Shown here piece by piece: positions 44,241 through 57,827 of a DNA stretch of 64,000 nucleotides. The notes under the pieces are model-generated. The model made no database searches, was not told where the DNA came from, and saw nothing but the letters and a program-made list of their open reading frames with translations. Every line of letters starts with the position of its first letter. The stretch's first letter is position 1. The stretch covers positions 33,852,001-33,916,000 of the forward strand of contig OZ024750.1 in NCBI GenBank assembly GCA_964016885.1. Reading direction: 5' to 3'. Position numbers and translations under genes: made by a program. The DNA is from Eledone cirrhosa (taxonomy: Eukaryota).

Positions 44241-44796
44241 TGAAAATCTGGGATAAATATCAATTAATTTCTGCTTAATAAACATTAATTAATATAAAAT
44301 ATAATAAAATATTGATTGGAATATGTTTCTAACTGGAATGTGATTGCTATGGTAAAGGGGGAAACAGAAAATAAAATAATAATTTTCAGTTAACATTGTA
44401 TAAAGAGATGTTGATAAGAATGTGAGCCAATAATGAGGAAATACCGATCCAATTAAGCTAAAGGGAATCACCATTCCACTGACTATCCATGATCTTACTA
44501 ATCAATAATTTAAAGCCCAATTAAGAAGTTTATACTCCTTAAACTAAACATTTTATTACAAATATCCAATGATGTTCTTCAACAATCAACGAATGAAACT
44601 AGAAACAAAACAAAAAATTATTAAAAATTAGAAAATAAAAATAAAAATTTGTTTCTGATATTTTGGTTCTAAACTAAGTAAATTTTTCTGTAAGTATTTA
44701 TTTTTTAAAATATACAACATATAATTAAAAACAAAATGAAGTAAATGTGACAATAACACACCCTATGTTGAATTAGAGGGTTTTTAACAGCAACTT

Positions 44797-44830
<34 letters not shown>

Positions 44831-44835
<5 letters not shown>

Positions 44836-45100
44836 GTATTTCCGTCGGAAAGGTACAGGAAAAAAGAGTGCTCTATGTAGGCTACAGAGCTTATTAGTTA
44901 TGTAATAAACAACATAAGATAATTATTTCATTTACCAGTGGTTTCTTGAAGGCAGATATTATATCTGTCTTCAGTCGTCAGAATAAATAAATAACATCAG
45001 ATGTTATTTATTCATTCTGATGACTGAAGACAGATATAAATATCTGCCTTCAAGATATGGTAAATGAAATAATTACCTTATGTTGTTTATTACATAACTA
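44831..45100 (-). mobile_element. Penelope-like pLTR remnant, family B, fold-back (about 100-bp arms)
   Basis: Arms at 44895-44998 and 45000-45100 around a 1-nt centre. A 64-nt unpaired tail at 44831-44894 abuts (TA)n. Carries a hammerhead. Confidence 0.75.
44922..44990 (-). ncRNA. type I hammerhead ribozyme, family B
   Basis: Minus strand reads TTTATT CTGACGA CTGAAGACAGATATAATATCTGCCTTCAA GAAA CCACTGGTA AATGAAATAAT. The mirror copy on + (45011-45070) has a damaged GAAA and helix III. Confidence 0.75.
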
Positions 45101-45403
45101 AATATATATACATATATATATCAAATGTAAGTGTACAATCCAATCAAGAAGGAGAGAGTTGTTTGTGAGAATTATAAGCCAGTAGTGAAGAGGGCAGTGT
45201 ACTCAATACATATAAGACAAGCGTGCAGTGGTTCATATATTGATAGGTCTCAATATTATGGATCAAATTATGATTTTCTCCTCCGAAACAATTGTAAACA
45301 AATAAATATTTTTTCAAGAATTTGATTGTTTTTTTCTCCTATGTATATGTGTATGTGTGTGTATGTATGTAAATGTATGTATGTATGTATATATATATAT
45401 AAA

Positions 45404-45489
45404 CAGGGTGTCCCAAAACAATGTATACACACTTCAACAGCCTTCTAATCAAAGTGTGTATACATTTTTTTTGGGGGGGACACCTTGTA
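45404..45489. mobile_element. Tc1/mariner-type MITE (same family as 7344)
   Basis: CAGGGTGTCCCAAAACAATGTATACACACTT ... AAGTGTGTATACATTTT...GGACACCTTG TA. Confidence 0.75.
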
Positions 45490-45624
45490 TATATATAGAA
45501 GATACCACAGTATTTCAGAAATATTCCATGGGCTTTATGATCTCAAATGTTTCAAATTACAACTATACCATCATCATCATCATCATCATCACAGTCACCA
45601 TTAACACCATCACGATCGTCATCG

Positions 45625-45657
<33 letters not shown>

Positions 45658-46062
45658 CCACCACCACCACCATCATCATCGTCACCACCATCATCATCAT
45701 CATCACCATCATGATTGTCATCATCACCACAACTAGCCATCATCACCATCATCACCATCATCATCATTGTCATCATTCTTATCATCATCATCATCATCAT
45801 TGTCATCACCCTCACCATCATAACTATCATCATCATCATGACTATTATCATCATCATTGTCACCATCACTGTTTAATGTCAATTTTCCATGCTAGCATGG
45901 GTTAGACAGGTTGTCACATGCTGATATTAGATCAGTCAGGTGACCACAATTAACTCAACATTTCTATTATTTTTGACACGGTTTCTTTGGCTAGATGACC
46001 CCTTTCTAAAACCAACCACCTCATATACATACACACACATGCATATATAAACACACACACAC

Positions 46063-46109
<47 letters not shown>

Positions 46110-46149
46110 TATTTTATAGCGTGGAAGATAGACGTTAAACGATGATGAT

Positions 46150-47000
46150 GATAAACATATACATATAATATATATATAAAAGGATGATATATATATACAT
46201 ATAATATATATATAAAAGGATGATATATATATATACATATACATATAATATATATATAAAAGGATGATATATATATATATACATATAATATATATATAAA
46301 AGGATGATATATATATATATACATATAATATATATATAAAAGGATGATATATATATATATATATACATATAATATATATATAAAAGGATGATATATATAT
46401 ATACATATACATATAATATATATATAAAAGGATGATTTATATATATACATATAATATATATATATAAAAGGATGATATATATATATATACATATACATAT
46501 AATATATATATAAAAGGATGATATATATATATATACACATATACATATAATATATATATAAAAGGATGATATATATATATACATATACATATAATATATA
46601 TATAAAAGGATGATATATATATATATACATATACATATAATATATATATAAAAGGATGATATATATATATATATACATATACATATAATATATATATAAA
46701 AGGATGATATATATATATACATATACATATAATATATATATAAAAGGATGATATATATATACATATAATATATATATAAAAGGATGATATATATATATAC
46801 ATATACATATAATATATATATAAAAGGATGATATATATATATACATATACATATAATATATATATAAAAGGATGATATATATATACATATACATATAATA
46901 TATATATAAAAGGATGATATATATATATATATACATATACATATAATATATATATAAAAGGATGATATATATATATACATATACATATAATATAAAAGGA

Positions 47001-47040
<40 letters not shown>
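46150..47040. repeat. compound (TA)n minisatellite with AAAAGGATGAT unit
   Basis: About 20 units of roughly 40 bp. Confidence 0.9.
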
Positions 47041-47047
<7 letters not shown>

Positions 47048-47695
47048 ATATATAAGAATTATATATATATATATAATGTCTTCTGTATAATATTTTCCTT
47101 GTCTAGTATTTCTGTACATGTTTTCAAAGATCTAACAGCTATTTGTATTATTCTAGGTAAAAAAAAAACAACATAACCTTAAAACTAAAAATAGAACCAA
47201 CACAAAACTAAGAGGAGTGTTGCTATTAAAGCAAGGATTAAGAGGATTAAATAAATGCAGGCTTCCCAACAAAAGATAATGTGAATTCATCCTGTTCAGA
47301 ATTTCTGGTTTGAAAAAAATGTCAAAGAAATAATTTTAAAAAAATGTAAAAAATCAAAAAAAAAAATTTCATCTTAAAGCCAACAACAACTTTTACCTTT
47401 TTTGAAAAAATAATGCGAGAGGGGGATGATTATCTTCACATTTCATAATTAGTTGAAGAAGACTCCCAAAAGAAATAAAGTAATGTAAAAATGTCAAGTA
47501 ATATTGGTTTATATCTTAACATCCTATAAGAATTTAGCTGAATATATTGAAAAAAAGTTTGTTAAATTCAAATGTTTGTAGACTTTACTGGTAGACAGAT
47601 TGATGTGGAAAATTTGCAGTTAAATAAAGTAAAGGTACTATTTTTTAATGTGGTGCAGTCATAGTTCTGTTTTGTATCTTTCAAGAATGTCTTGA

Positions 47696-47827
47696 TAATT
47701 GTTTCTACTTTAGGCACACGGCCAGCAATTACCCAGTGCATTACTGGTACTTTATTTTATCGACCCCGTAAGGATGAAAGGCAAAGTCAACCTCGGCGGG
47801 ATTTGAACTCAGATCGTAAAGGGACGT
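47696..47827 (-). mobile_element. SINE family 2, 5'-truncated
   Basis: B box, central domain and tail. Lies between two copies of a direct repeat of about 110 bp. Confidence 0.8.
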
Positions 47828-48710
47828 GGTTTCATGTGGTTTGTTTATCGTATCTTTACTGCTGGACAGATTGTTGTGGAAATTTGCATTAAATTACAGT
47901 AAATACTTTAAATTTTAATGTGCTTCGGTTATAGAGGTATTTTGTATTTTTCAAGAATGTCTTGCTAATGTGTTTTCATGTGGTGTAAGACATCATGAAA
48001 TAAATACAAGCTGTAGTTTACAAGTTGTTAACTAAACTTATGTAGAGCCTTTAAATTAGAAAATTTTCAATTAAAAAAAAGTAATTTTTAATATGAAAAT
48101 GAATGCTCTTATTTGAAACCAACCCAGCCAAAACTTATGAAACCAACCTAGCCAAAACTGACTCTGGATCTATTAAAAAAAAACTACAAAGCCAGCCCTA
48201 AACCACCTCTAGATCTATGAAACAATACCACCTATTTTAAAGGGTTCCATCAACCCTTTAGATACAAAGCCGGCCACAAACCACCTTTGAGTCTATAAAA
48301 CAAAACCACACATTTTAAAGAGTTCCTATTCAAATTAAAATCTTCCAACATAATTTTATTTATGAACCATCTGTAAAGTTACTATCTTAGTAATTAAATA
48401 ATTAATAATTTCATTAAATCCCTCATAATTCTTCATTAATTAATGGAAATACTGTGTACTTCATTAGAAATGTTGTAATGAAAGAGAAAAAATAAACTTA
48501 CTGTTTTAAGATTCAAATCAGATTACATCTGATGGCCATTTTATTTTTCTAGAATAAATAAAAATAAAATCAGGGTTGATATACAAGGGTATCTGAATAT
48601 TCTTATAATTATTATTATACAATATGAATAATTTAAGATTATATACTGAAAATTAAAATATACAATACCTTCTTAAAATTATTGTTATAAAACAAATATG
48701 TAATTTAAAA

Positions 48711-48856
48711 TAATTGTTTCTATATTTGGCACAAGGCCAGCAATTATCCCAGTGTATTACTGGTGCTTTATTTTATCAACCCCGTAAGGATGAAAGGCAA
48801 AGTTAACCTCGGCGGGATTTGAACTCAGATCATAAAGGGACGTAACTCTTTGTCAT
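48711..48856 (-). mobile_element. SINE family 2, 5'-truncated
   Basis: B box, central domain and tail. Confidence 0.8.
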
Positions 48857-49022
48857 AAAGGGCCCTTAATACATGTTCAGAAAAGAAATAATTTTCAATA
48901 TATTCTTCATAACTGTTTCAATGCTACTCATGACATATTGAATGGAAACAGCAGGAATAGTTTTTATTCATTTTATTTTTGTTCATGTAATTTTGTTCAT
49001 CTAATTTTCTGTTCACATATTA

Positions 49023-49081
49023 GCTGTCTGATGAGGTTGTAACTGTTATATAACAGTTACCATTGAAATACGTATAACAGC
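49023..49081 (+). ncRNA. minimal type I hammerhead ribozyme (Penelope-like pLTR)
   Basis: Helix I GCTGT/ACAGC; CTGATGA at 49028-34; helix II with perfect 10-bp GTAACTGTTA/TAACAGTTAC; GAAA at 49065-68; palindromic TACGTA helix III; AUA cleavage triplet ending at 49076. Confidence 0.85.
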
Positions 49082-50350
49082 AATTATTTAATCAATAAAA
49101 TGAGGTAAATTCTAACCTACTGGCTTCTACTTCATACTAATGCTCTGGAGTACACAGACCTACATGTATACTTTGTTGAGTACTCTATCCTGTGTACACT
49201 AGTATTCTTTGATTAACTAACACAAATTTTACCAAGTATATACGGGGTGTGTTAAATATGTTATATTTCAAAAGTCTATATTTTTTAAACAAATGGCCAT
49301 ATAATCGTGTGATAACTTGTACAATACATGTCTGAATATAAAGTTTTATTCTTTTTTTATAACTTTTATGAATTTTTATAAAGTTATTTACATATTGAGC
49401 ATTTGTAAAAATTGTAAATAAAATTGGATGATTCATTTTGATACACCCTGTGTATATATGTGTGTATGTGTATACATGTATATAAAGGTATGTGTGTATA
49501 TATCATCATTATCATCATCACTGTTTTACATCCATTCTTCCACATTAGCATGGGTTAGACGAGTTGTCCTGTTGTGGGTAATGCCAGGTCAGGTGACCAT
49601 GTCTTGCTCATACAGAACTGATTTTGGCTTGATTTCTACAGCTGGATGCCCTTCCTAACACCAACCTCATTTCCACTTTATAGTGGGAGGGGTGGGGGCG
49701 TACCATCTATATGCTTCAGCTTTGGCTTGTACCCATGGGAGGTCGGGTCTTCTGAGTTACTGTGTAACATCAGAGGTCCTTGTCCTGTGTCATCGCCTTT
49801 GAGAGGTGCAATTGGGCAAGGTGCAATTGGCAATATACATGTCTGTCTGTCTGTCTGTCTGTCTCTCTGTCTGTCTGTCTGTCTGTCTGTGCATGTGTAA
49901 CTAAGACCATCAACTGCCTTAACTTGAATGTAAGTACATGAAGAACAAAGCCAAGCTTTCCATGAACTCCAGCAAATATAATCCATACTAGACAAGGAAA
50001 AGTAAAAATGTAACATCTACTAATACTGTCCCTGAAGACAATCAAATACAAAATATCTAATCCCACTGAGTGACCTTTACACCAGAAGCCTGTCAATTTA
50101 TATACATATAAATACATATACAGATACAACATTATATAGAGAGAGAGAAAGAGGGAGAGAATGAGCTCGGTATAAAGCTAGTTCTACAATAAATTAGCAA
50201 ACCATTGTGTGTTTCACAAAACAGATCCATGCGTCCTTAAGTATAGTTTGCTAATTTGTTGTGGAGCTAACCCTATACTGAACACATCCTTTGGGATGAG
50301 TGCTCCACTAACTATGGATATAACTTCCTGTTTTTTTATCACTATATATA

Positions 50351-50387
<37 letters not shown>

Positions 50388-50612
50388 ATATATATGAGAA
50401 TTGGATTCACAATCTTGAGATTGTGAGTTCGATTCCTGGACCGGGCGATGCGTTATGTCCTTGAGCAAGACACTTTATTTCATGTTGCTCCTTCTACCTG
50501 GAGTTGCGACCGATAGATAGTATTAGCAATTGGAAAGACCGACGAAAACATTGTTTCCTCGGTCCGATTTGACGAAAGTCGATCGATTAAAAAAAAAAAT
50601 ATATATATATAT

Positions 50613-50837
<225 letters not shown>

Positions 50838-51910
50838 TAAATATATATATATTGTTATATTTGGGGATGGTCATGTTGGCAAAATGTATTGTAGAACAAA
50901 TACATAAACACACACACATGTATATATATATATATATATATATATACATACACACACATATGTATATGTGTGTGTATATGTATATATACATGTGTATATG
51001 TATACATACATATTTATTACGCTTTATAAACATATGGTGATTGCTTAACTTGCAATAGCATTTTATGTTTTTCAAAACCTGTTGCAAAAGTGTCATATTC
51101 ATTGCAAATTAACCTGAATAAGTTTGATTTGATTACTAAATGGGGAAAAATACTAGTATCCTAAAGAAAATAGAACAACACATCAACTTGATAATATAAA
51201 ATGTCATGATAGAATTTTAGATTTTCTGCATGGAAACCAATGTCAGCACTATTTTGTAAAAAACAACCAAATAACCAACCAACAGCTATTCCTATGCATA
51301 TAGTCATATTATCCTTCATAATTGTCAGTGTGTAATGTGTACTGGCATTAAAATAAATACATTTGTTTCATGAAAAAGTCAATTCACAAGTGAACTTAAT
51401 TAAATAAAAGAGCCAAAAGCTTTTAAGAAGCATAAAGAGAACATATTGATTTTTCCAATAACATAATGCGACTACAGTTTATTTCGATTATCTCACCAAT
51501 TATCATAAAATTTTAAAGCAAACATTACCAGCATATACTTTCTATTTCAGTGTGTTGTCATTGAAATGAAAATTTCATTTACTTGGACACACAAAATCAA
51601 TTTCTATCATCCTTATATCTATATCCAATAAATAGTGTAATGTTGCTCATTCAAGGACACTAGTTAATATATACACATAACACTAACAATTTCTGATCAC
51701 TAATGCAAGAACATTTTGCCATTTCACAATGTAAAAAAAATTTTGCAAATCCTTTTATGAAACATCATTCTATTTATGAAGACTATATTTATGAAAATTT
51801 ATGTAAATTTTACCAAGCTAGTATTTTATTGAAACATAAATAACAAAAAATAAGCAAACTGATTCATTGTTGCTTTTTATGAGTTTTGTTTATTAGTACT
51901 GAAGCTGAGT

Positions 51911-52150
51911 AAGTAGTTTAGTGGTTAGAATGTTAGGATTGTGACCATTATATCATAGGTTCAATTCCTAGACCAGGCACTATGTAATGTTCTTGAGCAA
52001 AATACTTCACTTCACTTCACTTCACGGTGCTCCAGTCTACTCAGTTTAATATGAGTACAAGCAGTAGCTGGAGTTTAAACCTGCAATGGACTGGTGTCAT
52101 CTCCTGGGGAAGTCTTGTTCCCTCCGTCACTTAACACCAATGAAACTAGG
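51911..52150 (+). mobile_element. older CORE-type SINE
   Basis: Diverged A and B boxes (TAGTTTAGTGG, GGTTCAATTCC) and core CTTGAGCAAAATACTT...CTCCAGTCTACTCAG. Confidence 0.6.
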
Positions 52151-52613
52151 ATAAGCTTAGACATGATAAGCTTCCAGGCTTGGGACAAAGTTTAACCCTT
52201 TTTTTTTAAACTAAACTGTAGTGATAATCTTCTGATAACCCAAGTTAACAACCTTGTTTTTTATTCCTTGGTTGAATCATTTCAATTCATCTGCTTTACC
52301 CAGGTCATATTTTCTCTATTTCTATAAAAAAATGCAGGATTCATATCATCATCATCATCATCACGGATTGTCCTGTTGTGGGCAATGCCAGGTCAGGTGA
52401 CCATGTCTTGCACATATAGAACTGATCTTGGCTTGATTTCTACAGCTGGATGCCCTTTCCAACATCAACCTCGTTTACAGTGAGTCCTGGGTGCTTTTTG
52501 CATGGCACCTACACAACCACTTCATAGTGGGAGGGGGTGGGGGTATACTGTCACATCTATAAATTTATCCATGGTCTAATAATAAATATATGGAGAGATA
52601 GATTCAATAACAT

Positions 52614-53313
52614 CAGGGGTTCTCAAAGTGGGTGCTACCGCCCTCTGGGGGAGTGGGGTGAGAAGATCCAGGAGAGCGCTGAGGCCTAAGGAGGAGGTGG
52701 GGGGTAGAGATGATATAATAGTATATTAAATATCAAATGATACATATTATATATATATATATAGTAAAATAAAAAATATATAATATTTATCAATACATAG
52801 TATATATTATATTATTTATTATAGATAAATTAACGATTTTATTTATTGCATATTATTTACAATTTACGTGTTGGCAGGTCTCTCTGGAAATAGGGTTGGG
52901 GGTGGTGAGGGTATTACCTGGTCGTGGGGGAGGGGGGGGCTGAGTTATTATGTGTCCGTTGGGGGTTGCTGAGGGTATTATGTGGCCGTGAGGGGGGGGG
53001 CTGAGGTTATTATGTAGCCGTTTGGGGGGGGCTGAGGGTATTATGTGGCCGTTTGGGGGGGGGGGGGCTGAAGGTATTATGTGGCCGTTTGGGGGGGGGG
53101 GGGGCTGAGGTTATTATGTGGCCGTTGGGGCTGAGGTTATTGTGTGGTCGTGAGGGGGAGCCTGAGGGTATCATGTGGCCGTATGGGAGGGGCTGAGGGT
53201 ATTATGTGGCCATGAGAGTGAGCCTGAGGGTATTATGTGGCTGTATGGGGGGGGGATATGTGGTCATGAGAGGGGGGGGGGGGGCAGTGGCCCAAAAAGT
53301 TTGAGAACCTCTG
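52614..53313. mobile_element. hAT-type MITE containing a G-rich minisatellite
   Basis: TIRs CAGGGGTTCTCAAA / TTTGAGAACCTCTG; imperfect 8-bp TSD AATAACAT/AATTACAC; about 11 units of GGGCTGAGGGTATTATGTGGCCGT(G)n at 52900-53285. Confidence 0.8.
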
Positions 53314-53445
53314 AATTACACTAACCTGCCCTGGATTGATAACACAAAAATAAAAACTTTTAAAGCAAAGGTAACAAGATATTTCAGTAAAACCAAAGTA
53401 CAATTGAAAACAGAAAACAACAAACATTTTATTTTCAATAAAATT

Positions 53446-53869
53446 TTAACCCTTTAGTATTCACATTACTCTATGTTTACTATTATATTTTCATGGTAAA
53501 AGCTTTACCTCACATAATTATCTCACATAATTGTTTCTACTTTTGGCACAAGGCCAGCAATTATCCCAGTGTATTACTGGTACTTTATTTTATCGACCCC
53601 GTAAGGATGAAAGGCAAAGTTAACCTCGGCGGGATTTGAACTCAGTCCGTAAAGGGACGTAACTGTGCTGCAAAGCATGGCGCCCGACCCTCTACCGATA
53701 CTGCCAATTCACCGCCCTGGTATTATCTCACATAATATTGAATCTATGAGATTTTGATATTATTTATTTTGAAAACAATACCTTAACATCAGTATGAGAG
53801 ACCAGTTTGATAAGAAAGAGGTGAGAGAATTCTGGCCCGATATGGCCCATTTAAATGTTAAAGGGTTTT
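53446..53869. mobile_element. P1 MITE interrupted by a family 2 SINE
   Basis: TTAACCCTTTAG...TAAAGGG ends. Confidence 0.78.
53528..53718 (-). mobile_element. SINE family 2 nested in a TTAA MITE
   Basis: Target-site duplication ATTATCTCACATAAT on both sides. Confidence 0.88.
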
Positions 53870-54009
53870 AAAGATATTGCAACAGACATCAAATCAAACA
53901 ATTTTATACAAAGCTCTGTATTTTTCTCACCTTTCTGTTCTAATTTTGTTTTCACAAAATTAAGTAAAACCCAGTTGTTGATAGAATTTAAATAACACCT
54001 TTTCAACAA

Positions 54010-54124
54010 TGTATATAGATGTATATAAATGTATAGAGATGTATAGAGCTGTATCTAAATATATAGAGATGTGTTTAAGTGTATATAGACATATAGTGAT
54101 GTATATAAATATATACAGATGTAT

Positions 54125-54156
<32 letters not shown>

Positions 54157-54808
54157 GGATGTATCTAAATATATTCAGATGTGTATAAATGTATCTAAAT
54201 ATATACAGATGTGTATAGATGTATATAAATATATACAGGTGTATATAGATGTATATAAACATATACAGATGTATTTAGATGTATATAGATATATACAGAT
54301 GTATATAGATGTATATAGACGGATATAAATGTATACAGATGTATATAAATATATATAGATGTATAGAGATGTATATAAATGTATAGAGATGTACATTTTA
54401 TATATATATATATATATACAGATGTACATAGATGTACAACTTTAATTTAATGAGATCTACATTATAATCATCATCATCGTTTAACGTCTATCTTCCACGC
54501 TAGCATGTATATAGATGTATATAAATGTATACATATGTATATAAATATATACATATGTATATAAATATATACATATGTATATAAATATATACAGATGTAT
54601 ATAGATAGATACAGATGTATATAGATATATACAGATGTATATAGATATATACAGATGTATATAGATATATATATAGATAAATATAAATCTATACAGATGT
54701 ATATAGATATATACAGATGAATATAGATGTATATAAATCTATACAGATGTATATAGATGTATATAAATCTATATAGATGTATATAAATCTATACAGATGT
54801 ATATAGAT
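54010..54808. repeat. 10/20-bp ATATACAGATGTATATAGAT minisatellite with a 40-nt RTE tail inside (54468-54507)
   Basis: Direct inspection. Confidence 0.85.
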
Positions 54809-55830
54809 GCTAAAGCTTGTAACAATGGACGAGCTCTATACATCTTCAATTGGATTATTAATCTCAATAAGCTATTTTATCAACAAATGAATGCTGGAGA
54901 TAAGAAGCATAAAATTGAGTTACAATCCTAATTCTAAATAACTAGATTTTAATTCTGAATCTGATTCTAATATCTCAACACCATTGAGACTTTGCTAAAC
55001 ATATTTCTAAGGTCAAAAACTGCAGGAATTAACAATTATTTCAAATCAAATACAGTAATAAAAATATCATCTAAAAGATTTCATCTAAAAAAAATAAAAT
55101 ATATAAAAAAAAGAATGGAAACAAAATAATTGAAGAATAAATGAGCAGAGAAAGATTTTAATTAAAGTTTCCTTCTAGTCGTATTTTCGTGAGAGTTGTA
55201 CAGCACATACATTTATTTCATGTAAAAACTTGTAAAATAAAATAATTGCCATTTTCTGTTTAAGCTTCTTGACTTTTGAACTTATTACTACAGTATATAA
55301 AGTTTGAACTATTGTAAGATATCTTATTCCATATCAAATGGCTAGTATCAGTGTTAAAATTACATTGTTAAAATGAAGGTAAAATTAAAAATAGCTTATG
55401 TTGAAGCAAAAAAAAACATAAAACAAAAGTGTGAATAGTAGTAAAGCACATTTGTAGATAGTTCTAGATATTTTCAAATGAATATAATTGAATAAGATGA
55501 TGTATCAATATGAAAACTTTAAAATAAATATTTAATGATTCACAAGAAATTTCACTAGTCTAATATTATAAAATTATGAACAAACTATTAGATTATTTCA
55601 TTAAGTTGTTAATTTTCTTGAAATATGTAGATTTTAATACACTCGCGTTTCAAACTCGATATCCGAGATACATTTGTTTATATATATATAAACTCAGGAA
55701 AATTAACAAAGTGAGGACAAGGCGAAAATAAGTTTTTAAGGGGAAATCTTTAAAAATTATGTTACAAAATGGTTTAGCAGAAACTTTAGAAATAAATATT
55801 TCTCAGAAGACAACTGAAAGATTATTTTTA

Positions 55831-56054
55831 TTAACCCTTTTGCATTTAAACCAGCCGTATTCGGCCAGAATTCTCTCACCTCTTTCTTCTCAAACCGGCT
55901 GTAACTGGCCGTTCATACTGATGTTAAGGTATTTTTTTCAAAATAAATAATATTAAAATCTCATAGATTCAATATTATGTGAGATAATTATTTGAGGTAA
56001 AGCGTTTCCCATGAAAATATGATAGTAAATAAAGAGTAAATGTTAAAGGGTTAA
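55831..56054. mobile_element. P1 MITE
   Basis: TTAACCCTTT...AAAGGGTTAA. Confidence 0.85.
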
Positions 56055-56391
56055 ATGGGAGTGGCAAATGAATGCTAATGTACTTTCTTTGTGAGCCAAG
56101 TGTAATATATAAACATATAATTGAAGACAGCTGTTCTACTAAATATATTTATACTTATTTGTAAATACATGAGAAATTCAGGTAATTTTCTATTTTTTCT
56201 TGTTCACAAATGTCTTCTAAAATTATACATACATCTAAATATGAAATTATATTTCCTTCTGCCAACTTGAAACAGAAAAACCAACAAAAAAACTAAAATG
56301 GTTGTTTGCTATTTAATCTTATTTTGTTGTTTTTTTGTTTGTTTGTTTTTCTCTTGCTTTGATCATATATTTTTGTGTATTATATATATAT

Positions 56392-56780
56392 GGAGGCACA
56401 TGGCTTAGTGGTTAGAGCATTGGCCTTGCAATCGAAAGGTTGTGAGTTCAATTCTCAGACCGGGTGATGTGTTGTTTCCTTGAGCAATGTGACACTTTAT
56501 TTCACATTGCTCCAGTTTACTCAGCTGTAGAATTGAGATGATAGGACTGGGGTCCCTATCATTCCACTGCAAAGTGGTCGTGGAGGTGCCACGGCAAAAA
56601 AAAAGCACCCAGCCCACACTGTAAAGTGGACGTGTAGGTGCCACAGAAAAAAAGCACCCAGCACTCACTGTAAATGAGGTTGGTGTTAGGAAGGGCATCC
56701 AGCTGTAGAAATCAAGCCAGAATCAGTTCCTGTCCCACCCTTGCAAGCAGGGAAAAGCAGATGTAAAATGATGATGATGA
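56392..56780 (+). mobile_element. SINE family 1 with internal tandem duplication
   Basis: Same structure as 42748-43144. Confidence 0.9.
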
Positions 56781-57004
56781 TATATATATATATCATCATC
56801 ATCTGAGATCAGAGCAAACATCACGGACGCTCTATCTCAAAATTATTTTTGAAAAGCATTAGAAATGCGCAACCGGTAAAAACCAAAACTCAATACTAAC
56901 CAATACTATTACTAATTCTCACTTATTCCTAATTAAACTATTTTTCACTGTGAACAATTTGTCAGCATTTTCTATTCCGTTTACCAATATATATATATAT
57001 ATAT

Positions 57005-57223
57005 ATATTAATGTTATTAACACTAAATAATGAGTCTTGTTACTCTGGAGTTTTGCATGTTTTAACAGGTGAAACTTCAGAGTAACAAGACTCACTATTT
57101 GGTGTTAATAACATTAATATATATATATATATATATATATCATAGTTAGCCTTGATAAAATTAATATTAAAACTCTACTTCGGTATTGAGTACTCTTTTC
57201 TCTCAGCCGTCAACCACATATCT
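57005..57223 (+). mobile_element. fold-back pLTR remnant (family C) plus tail
   Basis: Inverted arms at about 57005-57053 and 57072-57120 containing GAAA CTTCAGA GTA ACAAGAC. After a (TA)n run comes a tail with TATTGAGTACT (57141-57223). Confidence 0.6.
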
Positions 57224-57534
57224 ATATATATATATTTTCTTGTCTCTTACTCCATGGACCAGTAGTACTGTTGGTAGGGGTCGAAACTACCAGAAGTCCA
57301 TCTCAACGGGTAAATACTTTGAAGTTCTGTGTTTTTGTTTGTATTTTTATCTTCAAAAAACATTTTTTAAGGTTTCCCCTTGAAAAAGTTGTTTTTGGTT
57401 TTGCCTTGTTTACATTCATTGTCTTTTCTTTGTTAATTTTTCTAAGTTTATTATATATATATATATATATATTTAGGTTATTTATATATTTAGGTTTATT
57501 ATATATATATATAGGTTATTTATATATTTAGGTT

Positions 57535-57570
<36 letters not shown>

Positions 57571-57703
57571 GTTGGTTCACCACTGGATAGAACTGGTCAT
57601 TGAGGGCAGCCGACCGGGGTAGAAGCTGCTAAACTTTCGGTCACCCTCATGTCCCTGATTTTCAGCCCCATGGTTTTTGTCTATTGTATTCCTTTGTTAT
57701 ATT

Positions 57704-57769
57704 TTGAATACCTGATGATGTCACCGATTTCATACTGAACCCGGTCATTGAAATGATCATAGGATTTAA
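57704..57769 (+). ncRNA. type I hammerhead ribozyme motif (partly degenerate)
   Basis: CTGATGA at 57712-18, imperfect helix II (ACCG..TTCA/TGAA..CGGT), GAAA at 57750-53, palindromic TGATCA, AUA triplet, helix I TTGAATAC/GGATTTAA. Sits in a pLTR-like segment at 57568-57803 between (TA)n runs. Confidence 0.7.
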
Positions 57770-57827
57770 GGAATTACACCAGTCCAGCCTCCTGTTATTT
57801 TATAATATATATATATCAAGTTTAATT

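Noticed and set aside
45131-45325. ORF with AVYSIHIRQACSGSYID, vaguely GIY-YIG-like, next to a PLE remnant
   Set aside because: Key Gly, Arg and Glu residues are missing, it is too short, and similarity cannot be shown without a profile search.
45357-45905. Poly-Ile/poly-His and poly-Asp ORFs
   Set aside because: They come from a (CAT)n tract attached to an RTE-type tail plus a MITE.
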